From: Nageia nagi
Taxonomy: Eukaryota > Plantae > Pinophyta
Length of the DNA: 64,000 nt
Direction: 5' to 3'
NCBI GenBank assembly: GCA_050084985.1
Contig: JBITNC010000001.1
Location: 28,706,001 to 28,770,000, forward strand
Shown: one piece after another, positions 49,650-64,000 of the stretch
Layout: each line of letters opens with the position of its first letter
Numbering within the stretch: the stretch's first letter is position 1
Made by a program: the position numbers and the translations under genes
The notes under the pieces: model-generated
The model's database searches: none
The model's input: only the letters and a program-made list of their open reading frames with translations
What the model was told of the DNA's origin: nothing

Positions 49650-51720
49650 TGTGGTTTTGCATCCATATGGGCTTCAAGGTAAAGTACTTTCTCTTGAAGA
49701 AATGTCTAAGTATGCATGAACTTTAAATGTGAGTTAGCATATCCATCATCTTCACTCGCATCAAATTTGAAACTTTGTTTTTGTAGTATCTCAAATATGT
49801 TGTTTTTCTTGCAAGTTGTATCATTGTTGGATTGATTGGAAGTCCTTCAAATATAACATTGGGTTGTCATACTATTGCTTCTCCTAACATTTGATTATGC
49901 ATGTTTGGGTGTTGTACCACTCTAGTAACCATCCTTTTTGGTTTGAGCTTAATTATTGTTTGATTTACAATGCTTCGTCCATCTTTGGTCTTACCTTCCA
50001 ACATTAATTTTTTCTCCAAATCAATTATCTTCGTGTTAAGATATTATAATACCTATTTTCGCATATTGGTAAAGGTTAATACTTATTTACATATATTTCA
50101 CATAGGCGAAATTGGTATTTGTGTTACCTAGACCTTGGAAGGTAGTAATACAATTTGTTTACTAGATTTATCTTGGATTTTTAACTTGATGATCCTTGAG
50201 TTATCTTAAAATCTTATTTTAAAACCTTTTATTATTATATTGTTTAATTTATTTAGAAATACTTTTCATTTTGTATAAAAAATTGATCATTCTCATTTGC
50301 AAATGACATTTTTGAGTAGTAAATTCACTTATAATATTTTACTTTATACATTTAAAACTTAAGTTAACATTTAACATGCGTTAACTCTATTGGGTTATAG
50401 AACCTATCAAGAGTTTTTAAGTGTCATTAATGTAGGTGGTGAGAGTGGAATTTGGGACCTTCCATGCGGGTGTCTTCACACCTCACTTCTCTCAACTTCC
50501 CTAATAAGAGATGATATACAATTTTCTAAGAGATCATAATAAAAAGAAAGATATATAAGATGTTTACAACTTAGAATAATAAAATATTCAGCAAAATGTA
50601 TTAAAATATGCTTGCAATTGAACTTACATGGAGGTAAACAAGTTATTCATTTGTAGTTAATACCTCCAATACCTCTAAATCCTTCTTTATAATGTGTTTT
50701 GTCAATTGTCACTTATTTTACATCTTGTAGCTTTTATTTACCAATAACAAACTTTACCTTCTTAAACTTACATACCTAATCTAAAACCAAATATTTTAAC
50801 TTCACATATTGTTCATACCATTAATTTAAGCCTATATCCAACACAACACTCTTTAACATGAAGTAAGAATGTGGAAATATTGGATGCAAAATGTAAAAAT
50901 AGAAGTCAATACTACATTCACTTTGAACAAAGTTTATATCAAACCATTAGTGGGGGTATCTTAAACCATCCTATTTCACTCAATAAGATAATTTAAAATT
51001 CAAAATGTTCATCAAGAATGAAGATCCAACCTATTTGCCCCATCTACTATTAATTTCAAGGTCGATTCCATTTCTTATTCAGAGGTGACCTTCCACATTT
51101 TGAAATTATTAATGAATCACGAATATTGGACAAAAATGATTATCAATGGATCCCATAACACGAGTTCTAAACTTATCACATCTTATTTTCAATTATAGGA
51201 AACTACGAATTAGAAGTGTCACATAATCCTTGAAGACTTTGGAAGGATTCCCATTGATACATTACTACTAAACCAATTAGGGTTACTTCATCTAGTTGGA
51301 ACATCATGAGCTTCTTTCCAACCTCATATACTGAAAGAGCCCCTTCACTTTCCATTGTGGACTTTCCACCTTACTTAGACTTATATTTAATACCCTTTTT
51401 GTCTACTTCTTGCTTTTACACATCAAGGTTTCTCTAAGCTCTCCCTTGCTCTTCTTATATGTATTTTTCTACCATCCCATTGATAATTTTTTGGTCACCT
51501 GCAAATAGTGATATCATTCAAATATTGGACTTTAGAAGATGCGTATAACATTTTACCATGAGAATAAATTGCTAATAAATCTATTTCCATGAAGTCTATC
51601 AAAATATGGAATAATAGCTAAACCAATTTAGAAAGACCCTAAATAATTCCCAAATATGATCCTAATATTTACTAGTCTTTAGAATCAGACCATTAGCAAT
51701 TCAAATTGGTAGAAACCAAA
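49650..51720 (-). mobile_element. Possible very old Copia gag/integrase remnant
   Basis: Only faint, frame-broken resemblance to Copia gag and integrase motifs; no termini found. Confidence 0.3.
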
Positions 51721-54089
51721 TTGTAGTCAATTTAGTTAAGTGTAGAAAATGAGGTGAGGAAGGTTGGGATAGGTTATATAGAATAAGAGAAAGTAAGCTT
51801 CAGTAGTTAAAAGTAAAATATGAAATATATTTCATACAACAATCTTAAAAGATGATAATAGTTAATTATTCAACAATGAACAAGAAGCAATAATTGTACA
51901 CTAGAATATCTAATTGAATATATATTCTTCACTATTATTCACACTTATTCTATTGTTATTATAATCCTAGGAGATACAAAAATCATAATAATTATTATAA
52001 TACCCACATTTTATCATTGAACCACATGACACATCCCGAATCAACCTTCCATTATTCCCAACTATAGACAATAAATAATGATTATCATTAATAATAAAAC
52101 ATAATCAAATATTATCTATAGGGTATAATAATAATCAAAATCTAATAAATATAACCAAGAATGAGTACACATGAATAAAAGAAATCCTTATGAGATGTAA
52201 CCTTGACTAACTATGGATTGGATCGGATCTACAATGAATCAAATTTGGATATACAATGACTTAAATTTGTTCTCATATTTACTCATATCTATCACCCTAA
52301 ATATCTCAAAATAAAACCATATAAAATTGGTGATGATTTTGTATTTCATGAACTAAGCAATGCACATAAAATAACAAGTAATAAAGATCTCAAGAGTGTA
52401 ACAAATCTATATTAGATAGGTGGTGTCTAGAGACATTAGGGATAGTTTTATGGTATTTTCCCAATCGAACTATAAAATTAGATTTGATAGGGATTGTCAT
52501 GCCATGCTCCTCCTATTATTCTTGTCAAGACATAATAACAATATAATAATGATGATATCAAGATATTTTCTATATATAATTATTATTAATGATAATTAGC
52601 ATTGATTAACATATTAACCTTGATATTTGTATAATTTAGATAATATATTGCATAAAGATACTAAATATGATCTTATAATAAATAAAAAATCATTTTTAAG
52701 TGTCTACAATTTGCTCCTGTTTAGCTATGTAATGATCAGAATATGAGTTGCATATCCAAATAAGAATAGAGAAATAGAGAGAACTATATAATTGAATTTA
52801 AAGTGTAATTCCCTTGTAGTATGGATGACACTAGTTTTGATTCCTCTTCCATGCCTCCTTTTTCACTTGGTTGCCCTAGGAATCCACCATTAATGGGCAA
52901 TAGGGTAAAAATTTCATCTTTTAGCTTGAAGAATCGAGGAGACTAAGCTCTACTCTCTAAGGTCAATGAAAATAGTCCGAAAGATATGAAAGAAACAACT
53001 ACAAACATAAATTACATCTTATATAATATAATGTGTTAGGAGCAAAGATGAAATTAATATAATACAATAGAGAATTTATAATATGTAGTCTTGAGAATGA
53101 AGCTATCTAGCCAAGAAGGATCATTGATACCTTTTCTTATGGTGGAATTTTTAATGCCCCAAAAACATCAAATTGGGTTTTCTACAAGTATAGCCATCTA
53201 TAGTACACTTTTTAATTTAACATTTCTTATGTACTTTGAATCTAAGAAGAAATGTATGAGTCTTCTACGATACCCTAAAAAAAAGTTGACTAGAGAATTT
53301 TACACTTCTTGTGGACCTTGAATCTAACAAGAAATATATGAGTCTTTTATGATGCCTTGAAAGAATCAAAAGGGAGTATGCTAACCATAATGAAAAGATC
53401 CGTAAACTATTTTTTGCAATAGCCCAAAATAATTAAAAGGAGTCGATTGGTCATCATGGGTTTGTACCATGGTCTAGTTTATTAGTCATTCTTGCAAGAT
53501 GGCTTTTCCTATAAGAACCTTGAGAATTCTTGTATATATTTGTATTTTGTTAGATATAAAGACATCTATAATAGAAAAATTTGCTAAATTAATTGAATAA
53601 GAAAGAAAGCATACATTACATGTACTTACATACCTACTATTTGGATAAACTAAGTTATTGAGATTTGATATTGTTGATAATTTTTCTTATCAAGTAAAAA
53701 TATTGTTGATTTATGAGATTATGTTTCTAACATTATTGATTTATTCTACCTCTTATTTTTTATTTCTACTAATTCTTGATTGATTCTGATTTTCACTTGC
53801 CTCTTCGTTGAATTGAATTTGATTCTAAATCTATTTATACTAATATTTTCTTTTTCATTTTTATTCAAACTCTCACATTTTTATTGAAATATGAAATGGA
53901 ATTAGCTAAGTATGTGATGCACTAGTTAGCATGATAAACACTTGATTAACATTGAAATTTTTTAATGAAATCTTTATGAAGATGATTATTGATAAAATCC
54001 AATGAAGAATGAAGAAACCTGATGAGAGATGATATGATGAGAAGAAATAATAAGAGATGATAAGATATAAGAATGTTAGGATTCAATAA

Positions 54090-54562
54090 CTTGATGAGAT
54101 TTCCATTTTAATCAAATGCTAACTTCAAAAACCTAAGTGATGAATTACTCAAACATAATTACGTAGTTTTAGCTATCCATATTATTGAAATATTTAACTA
54201 CATCTCTTCTCATAAGTTTCCCTCCTATTCGACCTCTAATATCATTCATCCCATTTACAAAATTGGTGACCCCCTAGATCCTAATAACTACAAAATGCTT
54301 ATGGTTGGCCACACCCAAACAAAATTATTTGCTATAAATCTCAATGATTTCATATCTAACTTTGTTGAAGCACATAATTTTTATACAACTACTTAAGCTA
54401 GCTTTCATAGAAACTACTGCATTGTTGATTACATCCTCACACTACATGCTATTATTGAAGAGGCTAGAACCTAAAAACAAAAGTTGAATGTTTATTTTTT
54501 AACTTTTGCAAAGCCTTTAACACTACCCTTAAACATCCCCTATTTCAGAGACTTGGGGAGCT
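54090..54562 (+). mobile_element. LINE (RTE-like) reverse transcriptase fragment
   Basis: NIIHPIYKIGDPLDPNNY..*ASFHRNYCIVDYILTLHAIIEEAR..KAFNT..LFQRL, matching the N-terminal RT motifs (QAGFR, DHI.TL, DF.KAFD). Confidence 0.8.
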
Positions 54563-54844
54563 AGCACCAAGATCCATCATCTTTATTTAACTTGCATTTA
54601 ATATATTACTATACATTTTTGAAGCATGGAATGAATTCATCTAATTTCTCATTAGATCCTTATATAAGTACACAGTTCTGCTAGTCTCACAACATGCTTG
54701 TTATTGTGCTTATATATATTGTTGAATACTTTGGAAATATTATTGAAAGAATTAATGAATATATTGGGTAATTTGGAGAACCACTCACTTGCATCACATT
54801 TAAATGTTTGGGAGAATAATTTTACCATCAACTTATATTGATTA

Positions 54845-57716
54845 CCTAATCTGCAAATCTCAGTAAGATAAGCTATTTATGAGATCATCAAATATAGATA
54901 TAACAAAATATAATACAACAATTTTATCAACTTTTACTATGCAAAATGGATCGTTAGCAACCTAAAAATTGTCAGAAAAGGACCACTAGTGATATGTTTC
55001 TTGCATAATTAAGTGCTTAAATTTTAAGTGCAAATTATGAATACTAAAATAATAATGTTACTAGCATCAACTTTACATTAAATTGTACACACATGAAAAT
55101 AAATATTTATATTGGTTCTTCTTAATGTGAGAGTACATCCAGTCTAAAAGAGCTCTAACAATACATCAATAAAAGAGAACATTATCTTGCATAATCATAA
55201 GTGATCTCCCTATTGAATGCTACAACACTTCACCTCCACTCAACTCTTTAATATGCTTCTCAAGTTCAAACTTGACTCACATTTGATTTGGCTTCTCAAA
55301 TCTCCCTCTAACTGGCTCAAGAAGATTATGGTCTAGTTCTTCAGTGACTTCTCCTCAATTCTCCCTCTAAGAGGTCAAGAAGATACTTCCTTCTCCCAAA
55401 TTCATTTTATTGTTAATTTGCTTTGAAGAATTATCTAATGGAAGTACCTAGGAATTTTATTGAAGGAAATTCAATTCCTTTTAGTTTGGAAATGTCTCTT
55501 CATATCCCCAAGTGACTCTTTAAGTTCTTACATTGCTTCATCTTTAATTTTCTCATGTTAGGAATGGATATTTGGAGGTTTGTTTATGATAGAAATAAAT
55601 TGTTGGTGGTCTCTTCTTACTGAATTATGACACCAAATTTTGATGTTAACTATGTTTTATGCATATATTAGAAAACTTAATATATTAATATGATTTTCAG
55701 ATCACATCTTCCCAATGCAGAGGCATTTGGTCTCCAAATGCTTAGAGATAATAAGGATAAATGATAATATTTCCCATTGAAGATCCATACCACCCTTATT
55801 CCCATGGATAATGAGTTGGATTAGTCCAGGGATTCCATTACACAATCCCTCCAACATAAATAAATGATAATTGAAATCCTTTAATAGGTACAAATAATGA
55901 GTGAGATCCTAAGGAACCTTGCACTCCCCATCTAGTTGCCTTCTTCTTATGATGTATTGATCTCTTCAATCTTGATATTGTTGTTATAGTATGATTACAT
56001 TGGTATATTCCTTGATGTAATATTGCCATAAGTGTGATATTTATTGAAGTATGTATCATGGAATTATCTCCCATTATCATCAAAGAAGCTTTTTCCTTGC
56101 TTTGATGAGGCTTAATAACAAAGTGCTTACCATATTTCCTAAGCTAATATTTATTTTCTCTCCTATGATTAATAACATCTTTGTCAAGCAAATATGAACT
56201 TTTCAACATTATTTTGATAACATCAAGAGGTGAAACATCTAATACAACTTCATTAATGTAATTAATATTAATAGAAAACTTCAACTTACATTAGTGTATG
56301 ACTTGCATTTTGATTTGGTTGCTCAACCATGAAAGTGGATATGGTTTTGGATGAGGATGAATATCCAACCCTAACTTTTTTACCAAGTTCTCAAAAATCA
56401 TATTCACTTGTGAACTAAGATAAAAAAGAGAATTAATCTTGATCTTCTTTGCTTGAACATTGATGTAGAAAATATGAGCCTTATTCTTCTCTTCATCCTT
56501 TGAACATGAGCCTCTCATAGCCATACAATTAATCATTTAATCAACATTCAAAAAATATTCAACAACTTCACAACCTTATCGATTACTTTTACTCAACATT
56601 GTTAGTGATGCATTCTTATTTTCATCATCCTTCTTGTCATCCTCCTTTTTATTATAAGAAAATGATTTCATATGGAGTTTTCAAAAATGTTCATCATCAT
56701 GACCATCTCTATCACAATTACTACAATGAAGTTTCTTACCATCACCTTTATTCTTTGATGTGGCATTGACTTTCCCATTTATTTTTAGCTTTTTATTTGA
56801 ATATTTCCTCCTTTTTGGACTTCCCATGAGGCTCCAAGTATTGAGCTTGAACACAAACTTGATCCAAATCAATAAGATTAAAAAATTGGTATGAGAAATT
56901 CAACTATGCAAACCTCCAATGTACTTCAACAAAGTCTCTTAGCTTTTCAAGGAAACACCAATTAGAGGAACCCTCTTTTTGAATTCAGTTGTGTATTCTT
57001 GGATACTTTTTCCTTTCTCTTGTTTGAAATGGAACTACTCTATGGTTTGAATTTTATGATGGTCAAGAGGATAAAACTGATTTAGTAGAAGCTCCTTAAA
57101 ACCATCTAACTTGAAACACTAAATTCATCACCATTCTTGATTATATCACAACATGATTCCCACCAAAATAAGCATGTCCTTCCAATTTAAGATTAGCTAC
57201 TTGAATCATATCATTATCATCCTCAATTTTTTTGCACTCTAAAAAATACCTTCATTTTTTTAACCATTGATTCAACTTTTCAACATTAATTTCACCTCAA
57301 AATTTAAGATCAAATTAAACCTCTAGTTTCAAAGGAAACTTTTATACTTGGTGTTAACTCTCTCCCAAATTTGGTTCCTTTCTTTCATTAATGATCTTTA
57401 ATTATGCAAATTCCATGATCAAGTATTTGAGCATTTCTTCCATGCTTTCAATTATCCTCTTCAACTCATCATTCTCTACAACCATTTCTCTTTTCTTAAC
57501 CAAAATTTAGATCCAATCTCAGGGTTTTCCTTCAACAATTTGCTTTCACTTCTGGACCTAGCTATAGGCATAAAAAGATAACTATAACCTTCTTTTGCAA
57601 TGGATAAATAATTTTCCCAAAAAAAATGTAACTACTTTGATACCATGTGATTTGTAAATCTCAAAAGCCAAGCTATTCATGAGATCAACAAATACAAATA
57701 TAACATAATGTAATAT
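54845..57716 (-). mobile_element. Gypsy gag-protease-only LTR element (5' LTR truncated)
   Basis: PBS TGGTATCAAAG at 57645-57635. LTR end at 57646-57716 matches 54845-54915. gag with knuckle CSNCDRDGHDDEH (ORF 56681-56872). Protease region LVKKLGLDIHPHPKPYPLSW (ORF 56291-56536). No room for RT or integrase before the left LTR (~54845-55532). Confidence 0.75.
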
Positions 57717-57719
57717 GAA

Positions 57720-58430
57720 ATTTTTTTGGAATGCATCTTGAATCTTGATCAAAGAAGGAAGAAATTGATCTTTGGTTTTCTAACCAGTATGCATAGGGCC
57801 AATTTGTAGGTGAAAATCGGTATGGTATAGGTTGATCAATTAGTCAATAAATCTATCAGGTTGAGGTATGACAAAGTAGTATAGAAGCTAACTAGATTTG
57901 ATGGAGCTATTCAGTTTATCATAAATGGTCTAATACTAGTTGTTTATGACTCTAGAGATGTGAAATTCTATTTTGAGCTAGAAAATTCACTCTTGATTTG
58001 TTTCAATTTTGGGATTGAACTTGCCCAATTTATGGTGGATTTATGCATCGATTTTTAACTTTAGTCTAGACTAAAAATAAGATTATAACTATAGATTATA
58101 AATCTAATTAGTTTCATTGATTTGATATGATGAATTGTAGTGACAAATGAGAAACTTAGTTTTGTAAGAGAGATTTCCTTGGTGAGCTAAAGAAAAAGGT
58201 ACAATAGTAGGTTGTTGGTTGTAATCTCTTGGTTTGTGGAGTTGATTATAATAAGGATTGAAAGCTTCTCCATAGATGTAGCCTACATTTGGGTGAACCA
58301 TGTTATATTTATCTCAAATTTCTTTTGTGATTATTTTAATCATTATTTTGGTGTTTGTTTTCAAAATAAGAAAACCATAATTGCTTGACTTATTATTTTA
58401 TAAGTGAATTATAACAAGTGCTATCAAATC
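57720..58430 (+). mobile_element. Copia-type LTR fragment with decayed PBS
   Basis: GATGTAGCC..GGGTGAACCATGT LTR motif (~58275-58303). Ends TAACA at 58416, followed by AGTGCTATCA. Left boundary uncertain. Confidence 0.5.
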
Positions 58431-59064
58431 CACTAGACCAAAAAAGGCCTATGGTGGTGGCTTAAAACCCCATAAAACATATTAAGTAGCGGTAATGTGA
58501 TTTCCATCATTAAGGATGTCACTAAAAGTCTCAACTCTATGGTGGTAGGTAGAAGCTACTAACATAAAATTAAATTTTTGGTCTCCTAAGCTCCTTAAAC
58601 CATCCTCTAGGTATTTAAGGTGATGGTATGTACCCACCAACTTATACTTTAAGCGAAAAAGAATTACTCACCACCTTATAATTTACAAGGGCAGGTTACC
58701 CCACTACCAATTCATTATTATTTTAAATAAATAGTTGTATTCCTGAAGCATATGGAAGAATACTTCCATATTATCCCATTCTCAGTTACCTAAGGTTCAA
58801 CATGAAACTCAATCATAGTGTTGGCTATGGGCTCCTAAAGGATAGCCCATTGGAATTGATTAGTCACCATTTAGTGCTTATTCATCGTAGTCTAAGGACT
58901 AGTGATACCCAAAGTAATGCCTAATCACATGTTAATAATGACCTAGTCCATGGATATGAAATGATCTTGAATGCACTATATGAAATGATATAAATGCACT
59001 AACATATGATATAAAGTGATCCAATAAGTTCAAGTACAAATATAAGTAAAAGGTTATTTTACCA

Positions 59065-59690
59065 AGTGGTAAGTTGGAAAAAACATGCTTGTAATACTTA
59101 GCCAAACATAGGAAAAATATGTGGTTTCCAAGTGTTGAATATTATTTTGAAACTAGAGACCATATTTGAATCATTTGAGCATAATTGAAATTTTAGAGCA
59201 TAATCTTCATATCTAAACATAGGGTCCAAAATTTGATGTGACCAAAAGTGATAACTTGGCCTCATCCACCCTATGTTATGAAATGATTCAACTATACCAG
59301 TCCATAGGTGGTAAGTTGGAAAAAGAAGCTTGTAATACTTACCTAAACACAAAAAAAATATTATTCCCAAGTGTTGCATCTTATGTTGAAATTGTAAATC
59401 ATATTTAAATCATTTGAGCATAATTGAAACTATAGAGCATAATCTTCATGTCCAAAAATAGGGCCCACAAGCTTATGTGATCAAAAGTTATAATTTGGCA
59501 TCATCCACCCTATGTTATGAAATGATGCAACTACACCAGTACAAAAATGGTAAGTTGATAAAAAATATGCTTTTAATACTTAGTCAAACATAGAAAAAAT
59601 ATGTAGTTCCTAAGTGTTGCATCTTGTATTGAAACTATAGACCATATTTGAATCATTTGAGCATAATTAAAATTGTAGAATGTAATATAT
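59065..59690. repeat. ~241-bp tandem array (~2.6 copies) inside the CACTA element
   Basis: TGGTAAGTTG..TAATACTTA anchor at ~59067, 59308 and 59548. Confidence 0.9.
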
Positions 59691-60249
59691 ATTCTGAAAT
59701 GATGCACCTATATCATATGTTATGAAATGATTTAATTGTACCATATGATATGAAATGATATAAATACACTACATGCTATGAAAAAAATGATATGATATTA
59801 TCTAAATCTATTTGAAACCTCATGAAATAATAACAACATCAAATTTGCTATTTGAAACCTCCAACAAATTCAAACCTCCCACTAAAATATCTAAATAGAC
59901 CATGTGATATGAAATAATTCAAATAAACATATAAAATGATCTAAGTAAACCATATGGTATAAAATTAACTCTTAAATTTATGATGTAATTATATTGTAAA
60001 AATAAAAAAAAGGCAATAAATAGTATCATTACCAATAGCCAATGCATTTAAGCATGTTACAAAATATGGATATATATTTTTAGTATTTAAATATATAACA
60101 TTATTAGGATTCCAATTAAGCTATAAGATCATGCTTATATATATATGTACCCTTAACATACCCATGACCTTATTGAATATTTCCATCATTTACATTATCA
60201 TCTTGCATAATTTCAAGTTCAACGAAATTTGTTGCTCTAAAGAAATTGA

Positions 60250-63200
60250 CATAATATACCTCGTATGTTTTAATGTCTCTTATCCCTATTGGATGTGATA
60301 TGAGAGCCACATATAAATTGTATTATTCTAAATTTTGTATATAAAATAATTATTTGGCTTGCAACACTAGAATAAATGGGTTATCTTCTCATCTGTCCTC
60401 ACTTTGTAATCGACTCATGCTAACCATTATGAAGTCTATTTCATCATTTTTACATCCACTCTTCTTATCAAGAACATTCACCTAGTCACATTTGAACAAG
60501 GTGTGTTGAAATTGATAGTAATTCAACATAATTATTTCCCTAATAATACCATAATATGTAATTATTTCAAGCACCATGTTTATGTATTTTGTCCTTCATT
60601 TGCACCTAACAATTGCATCGATATGCACATCATTATTTTGAGTTCTTTTTTCATCTATATATTTGGTATTAAATACATAATTTTTGATCAAATAGCCTAA
60701 AAATTTGGTGGCAATTTGATTTGAACCACGTGCCAACCATTCTATCATGTCAAAGTCATCACCATTATGGTGATTTTCATCTCTTTGAAACCAAAGCAAA
60801 GAATAATAGTTAGAATATGAATGTAGAACATTGCATGATGATCATTATTGATCTCATCGCCAAGGGATGAATTTTTGAATATGATTTTTTTATAACCATG
60901 TTTCATCTCTCATTGAATGAGGGTTGGATTCCTTGATACTCATCCTATGTTTCCTGATTTGGCCCAAATTTTATCAATTACAATTGGATCTAAATAATAT
61001 TCAACTATAAAATAACAACAAATAGACACTTACTCTACCCAATACTAAACTTCATCCATGTTAAGGAGAATGTATTGATGAACTTACTCATGAGAAATGG
61101 GGTCTAAACTAAAGAATTCTCTAGTGGACCTTGGTGTTGCATGGACTATAGTCTCTTCTTTTTCTTCATTCCCTACCTCCTTACAACTAATTACTTCTAA
61201 ACATTTCATGCAGTCTGTATAGAATGAAATAGATTGCTCAATGATATATCATTATAATATAACCTTAGAGCCTATCTTAGTTATTTACATAGCCCTTATA
61301 AAACTTCATAATTTTGAGAAAGAAAATATACATTTTCATTTCGATGAGATACTATACAAAATTTAGAAAAATGATGGTTTATGAAATTGATATACCTCTC
61401 AAAAGGATACATCCATCAATATTGCATAGGTCCACATACAAGTACCTCCTGCACCAAATAAACTATTAAGTACACTGTGATATCAAAAAATGAAGGGAAG
61501 AAGTAATTTTCAAGCAAACATAATATCGCCACAACCTCTTCTTGTAATTTCTCCATTTTCACAGGATCCACCACTTTTGCGTATAGATCTTTATAGAACA
61601 TGCACAACTTACAAATGGTTTTTCATACAAGCTTTTCAAGCATATATCATACTGATATAGTAAGAAGGTAATTCAAGAAAACATGGTAATTGTGTGATTT
61701 TAGATCGATGATATTAGATTCTTTCATAGATACATGTTTTCTCATATTTGAACTAGAACCATAAGGTAATTTCAAATTGTAAAATATTTGATAGATACTT
61801 TATTTCTCATTTTTTGATAGATTACGGGGTACTACTATAAGATATGTCTTACTTTCATCAATTAATGGCCATAATAGTTTCCTAATCTTCATATTTAATA
61901 AATCCTTTTGAAAGTTTCTACCATCCTTTAACACTCCTTAAATATTTAGCAATGTCCCTAATAGGCTTTTGCAAACATTGTTCTATACATGCATCATATC
62001 TAAGTTGTGGAAAAGTAGAATATGCTATTCATAAATAGAAATATCAAGCTAAAATTAATCAATATTTGAGATATTAAAATAAATATAGAACTAAAATTGC
62101 ATGTCATACTTCCCAATACAACAGATTGAAGAGTATAGATTTTTCCTTCCATCCTACTATAGGAGACATGTTATGATCATCCTTCTTGCTTTCCCTTTTT
62201 GTGATTCCCTCTTTCCCCAATTTGGTAGGATTCTTTGTATTTTTTATAGGATTTAATTTATAGTTAAATATTTTGGTGGTTTACATTGCTCTTCTTGGCC
62301 ATCAAAATGTGTTTTTTGATGACAAAATGGATGATCTTGAGGAAGGAATATCTTATGGTCCAAGTAAATGGTATTTTTAGTGCATTTGAGATATCATGAA
62401 CAAGTGTTTTCATTGCATACTACACATCCTATGGATACCTTTATCATATATATTGACATGTTTTCATAAGAAGGAAAATCATGAATGACCCACATCAATA
62501 TTGTTCTCATATTGAATGTAGTATCATGAAATGCATCATAAGTTTATACTCCTTCAGTCCATAGTTTGTGTAGGTACTCAAACAACAACTATAAAAAATA
62601 TAAATATATTTGCTTGCTTGATTGGGTCTAGGTATTAACAAGATGAGAATTGAATAATTTCTCTTCATTGACATCCATAATGGAAGGTTGTACATGACCA
62701 ATACAATAGGTTAACAACTATAACCATAACTAAAATCAACAAAAGGGTTGAACCTATCAATTTCAATTTCCAATTGTACATTATGTGGATCATAAAACAA
62801 ATATGACCACTTAGAATCTATCATTTTCCATGTTGGAGATTCAATTGGATATTGCATATTAGTGTTTGAACTCTTGTGATAGGAATGCCACCTCATATTC
62901 TCTACAACCATTTCAAAGATACAAGAAGAAAGCAACTCATTTCAACCACATCTAAAATTGTCAAAATAAAAAAATACAACAAAGCTAATGGTATAAATAA
63001 AAATGTTTACTTGTACATTCTCTGCAATCTCAATGTAATGGTAAGATACCTCAACACCTTCATAGGAATCTTAATTTATTGTTCAATTTTTGAATGGGGG
63101 TCAATTTTTCAATGACAAGCACTATATTTTTGGCAAGCTTGAATATTTTCATAATCTTTCTATATAAAATACAGTTATTTTTTCATGCATGTATCATTAC

Positions 63201-63900
63201 ATAATATAATCCCAATGGTTTTAGCATTTTCTTCGCCACATATGGGGCCTCTAGAATTGCATTGTTGATTAGTAGCATATATTTTAGAACCAAGTTCTTG
63301 AACAGTATATGAGCAATTCATATTGAACATTATAATAATATCATATTTTACACATTCTATATTTGGACACTCATCCATGGCAGTGCATGCATCTAATGTA
63401 TATTCAACAGTAGATGTTTTTCTCCATGCATGAAAAAAATCATTATATGTCTTGTCCATTTTATGGATAAATAAGGGGTTACGAACATTCTCAAACTAAG
63501 AGTTTTCATATTTTATCAAACTGACATGGAAATATAATTATTTTAATATTCCTTAAATTCTTTCTTGCAAAATTAATGAATTCCTCAACCCATAGTTCTT
63601 GCTATTTCTATGTGCTTGTAGCCAATCTTTTTCCATGATGTTTGATAAAAACTCTCCTTATACCTAGCCACATCATAGATAATGTGCAATTTAACTTTGA
63701 TGCATGACCTAATAGATATGTATGCAAAATGTATAAGAATAGACAAGACCCTATTGCATTATTCCTAGGATGAATCAGTATACATGCATTGTTGACCTTA
63801 GCAATGCAGGTTATGTAGACACAATTGCATGGAATACAATAATAGGATATGCACAAAATGGATTGACCACCATGTGAGATATAGAATAAGGTATAGAAAT
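60250..63900 (-). pseudogene. CACTA TnpD/TNP2-like transposase pseudogene
   Basis: Transposase_21-type MRWH..ESPTWKMID..DRFNPF..YSC and YNLPLWMSMKR..LLIP. DUF4218-type YFFPSFFDITVYLIVYL..CGPMQY. RTQNNDV region ahead of the DUF4216-type part. Many stops. Confidence 0.9.
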
Positions 63901-64000
63901 ACCTCATAGAGTAGTTAAAAATGGTTTTGCATCAAATGTTATGGTTATGAATTCCTTGATTATCATGTATGCAAAATATTGAAGACTTAAGAATTCATTA

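Larger units (their letters stand above)
58431..64000 (-). mobile_element. CACTA (En/Spm) DNA transposon, decayed; runs off the right edge
   Basis: Terminus CACTAGACCAAAAAAGGCC at 58431, subterminal repeats, and minus-strand transposase fragments. Confidence 0.9.

Noticed and set aside
51720-54090. Possible gene or TE in the AT-rich interval (includes an ~80-bp duplication at 53231-53375)
   Set aside because: No termini, domains or splice structure that I can support; left unannotated.
1-64000. tRNA, rRNA, snRNA genes or endogenous caulimovirid sequence
   Set aside because: None recognised by eye; tRNA-complementary stretches are only PBS motifs. A covariance-model scan would be needed to exclude small RNAs.

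Overview
AT-rich, strongly CpG-depleted plant nuclear DNA (a large-genome seed plant, probably a gymnosperm; this is inference). One host gene is present: a patellin (Sec14/CRAL-TRIO + GOLD) on the + strand. Its coding exons are 43840-45197, 46083-46207, 46325-46469 and 46591-46842, it sits in a CpG-rich island, and the sequence shows an apparent 1-bp frameshift in a C-run at 43939-43942. Most of the rest is nested, decayed transposons whose ends can be read from TG..CA termini, PBS, PPT and target-site duplications (TSDs). These are: two head-to-head copies of one Copia family (the complete one at 9870-18565, TSD GGAAC); a chromovirus-type Gypsy remnant; a pol-less Ogre/Tat-type element (7304-~27880) carrying gag, a 190-bp array and an antisense, intron-containing Plant Mobile Domain (PMD) pseudogene; a 2.8-kb mini LTR element (TSD TTAGG); an L1 LINE split by a gag-only Copia (TSD CCTCT) that itself holds a solo LTR and a retroposed insert; an RTE-like RT fragment; a gag-protease-only Gypsy; and a CACTA element running off the right edge. 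The most notable items are the PMD cargo of a non-autonomous element, the repeated pol-less LTR elements, the long Copia leader, and the patellin frameshift and duplicated promoter module. All alignments and translations were done by eye; no database search was run.
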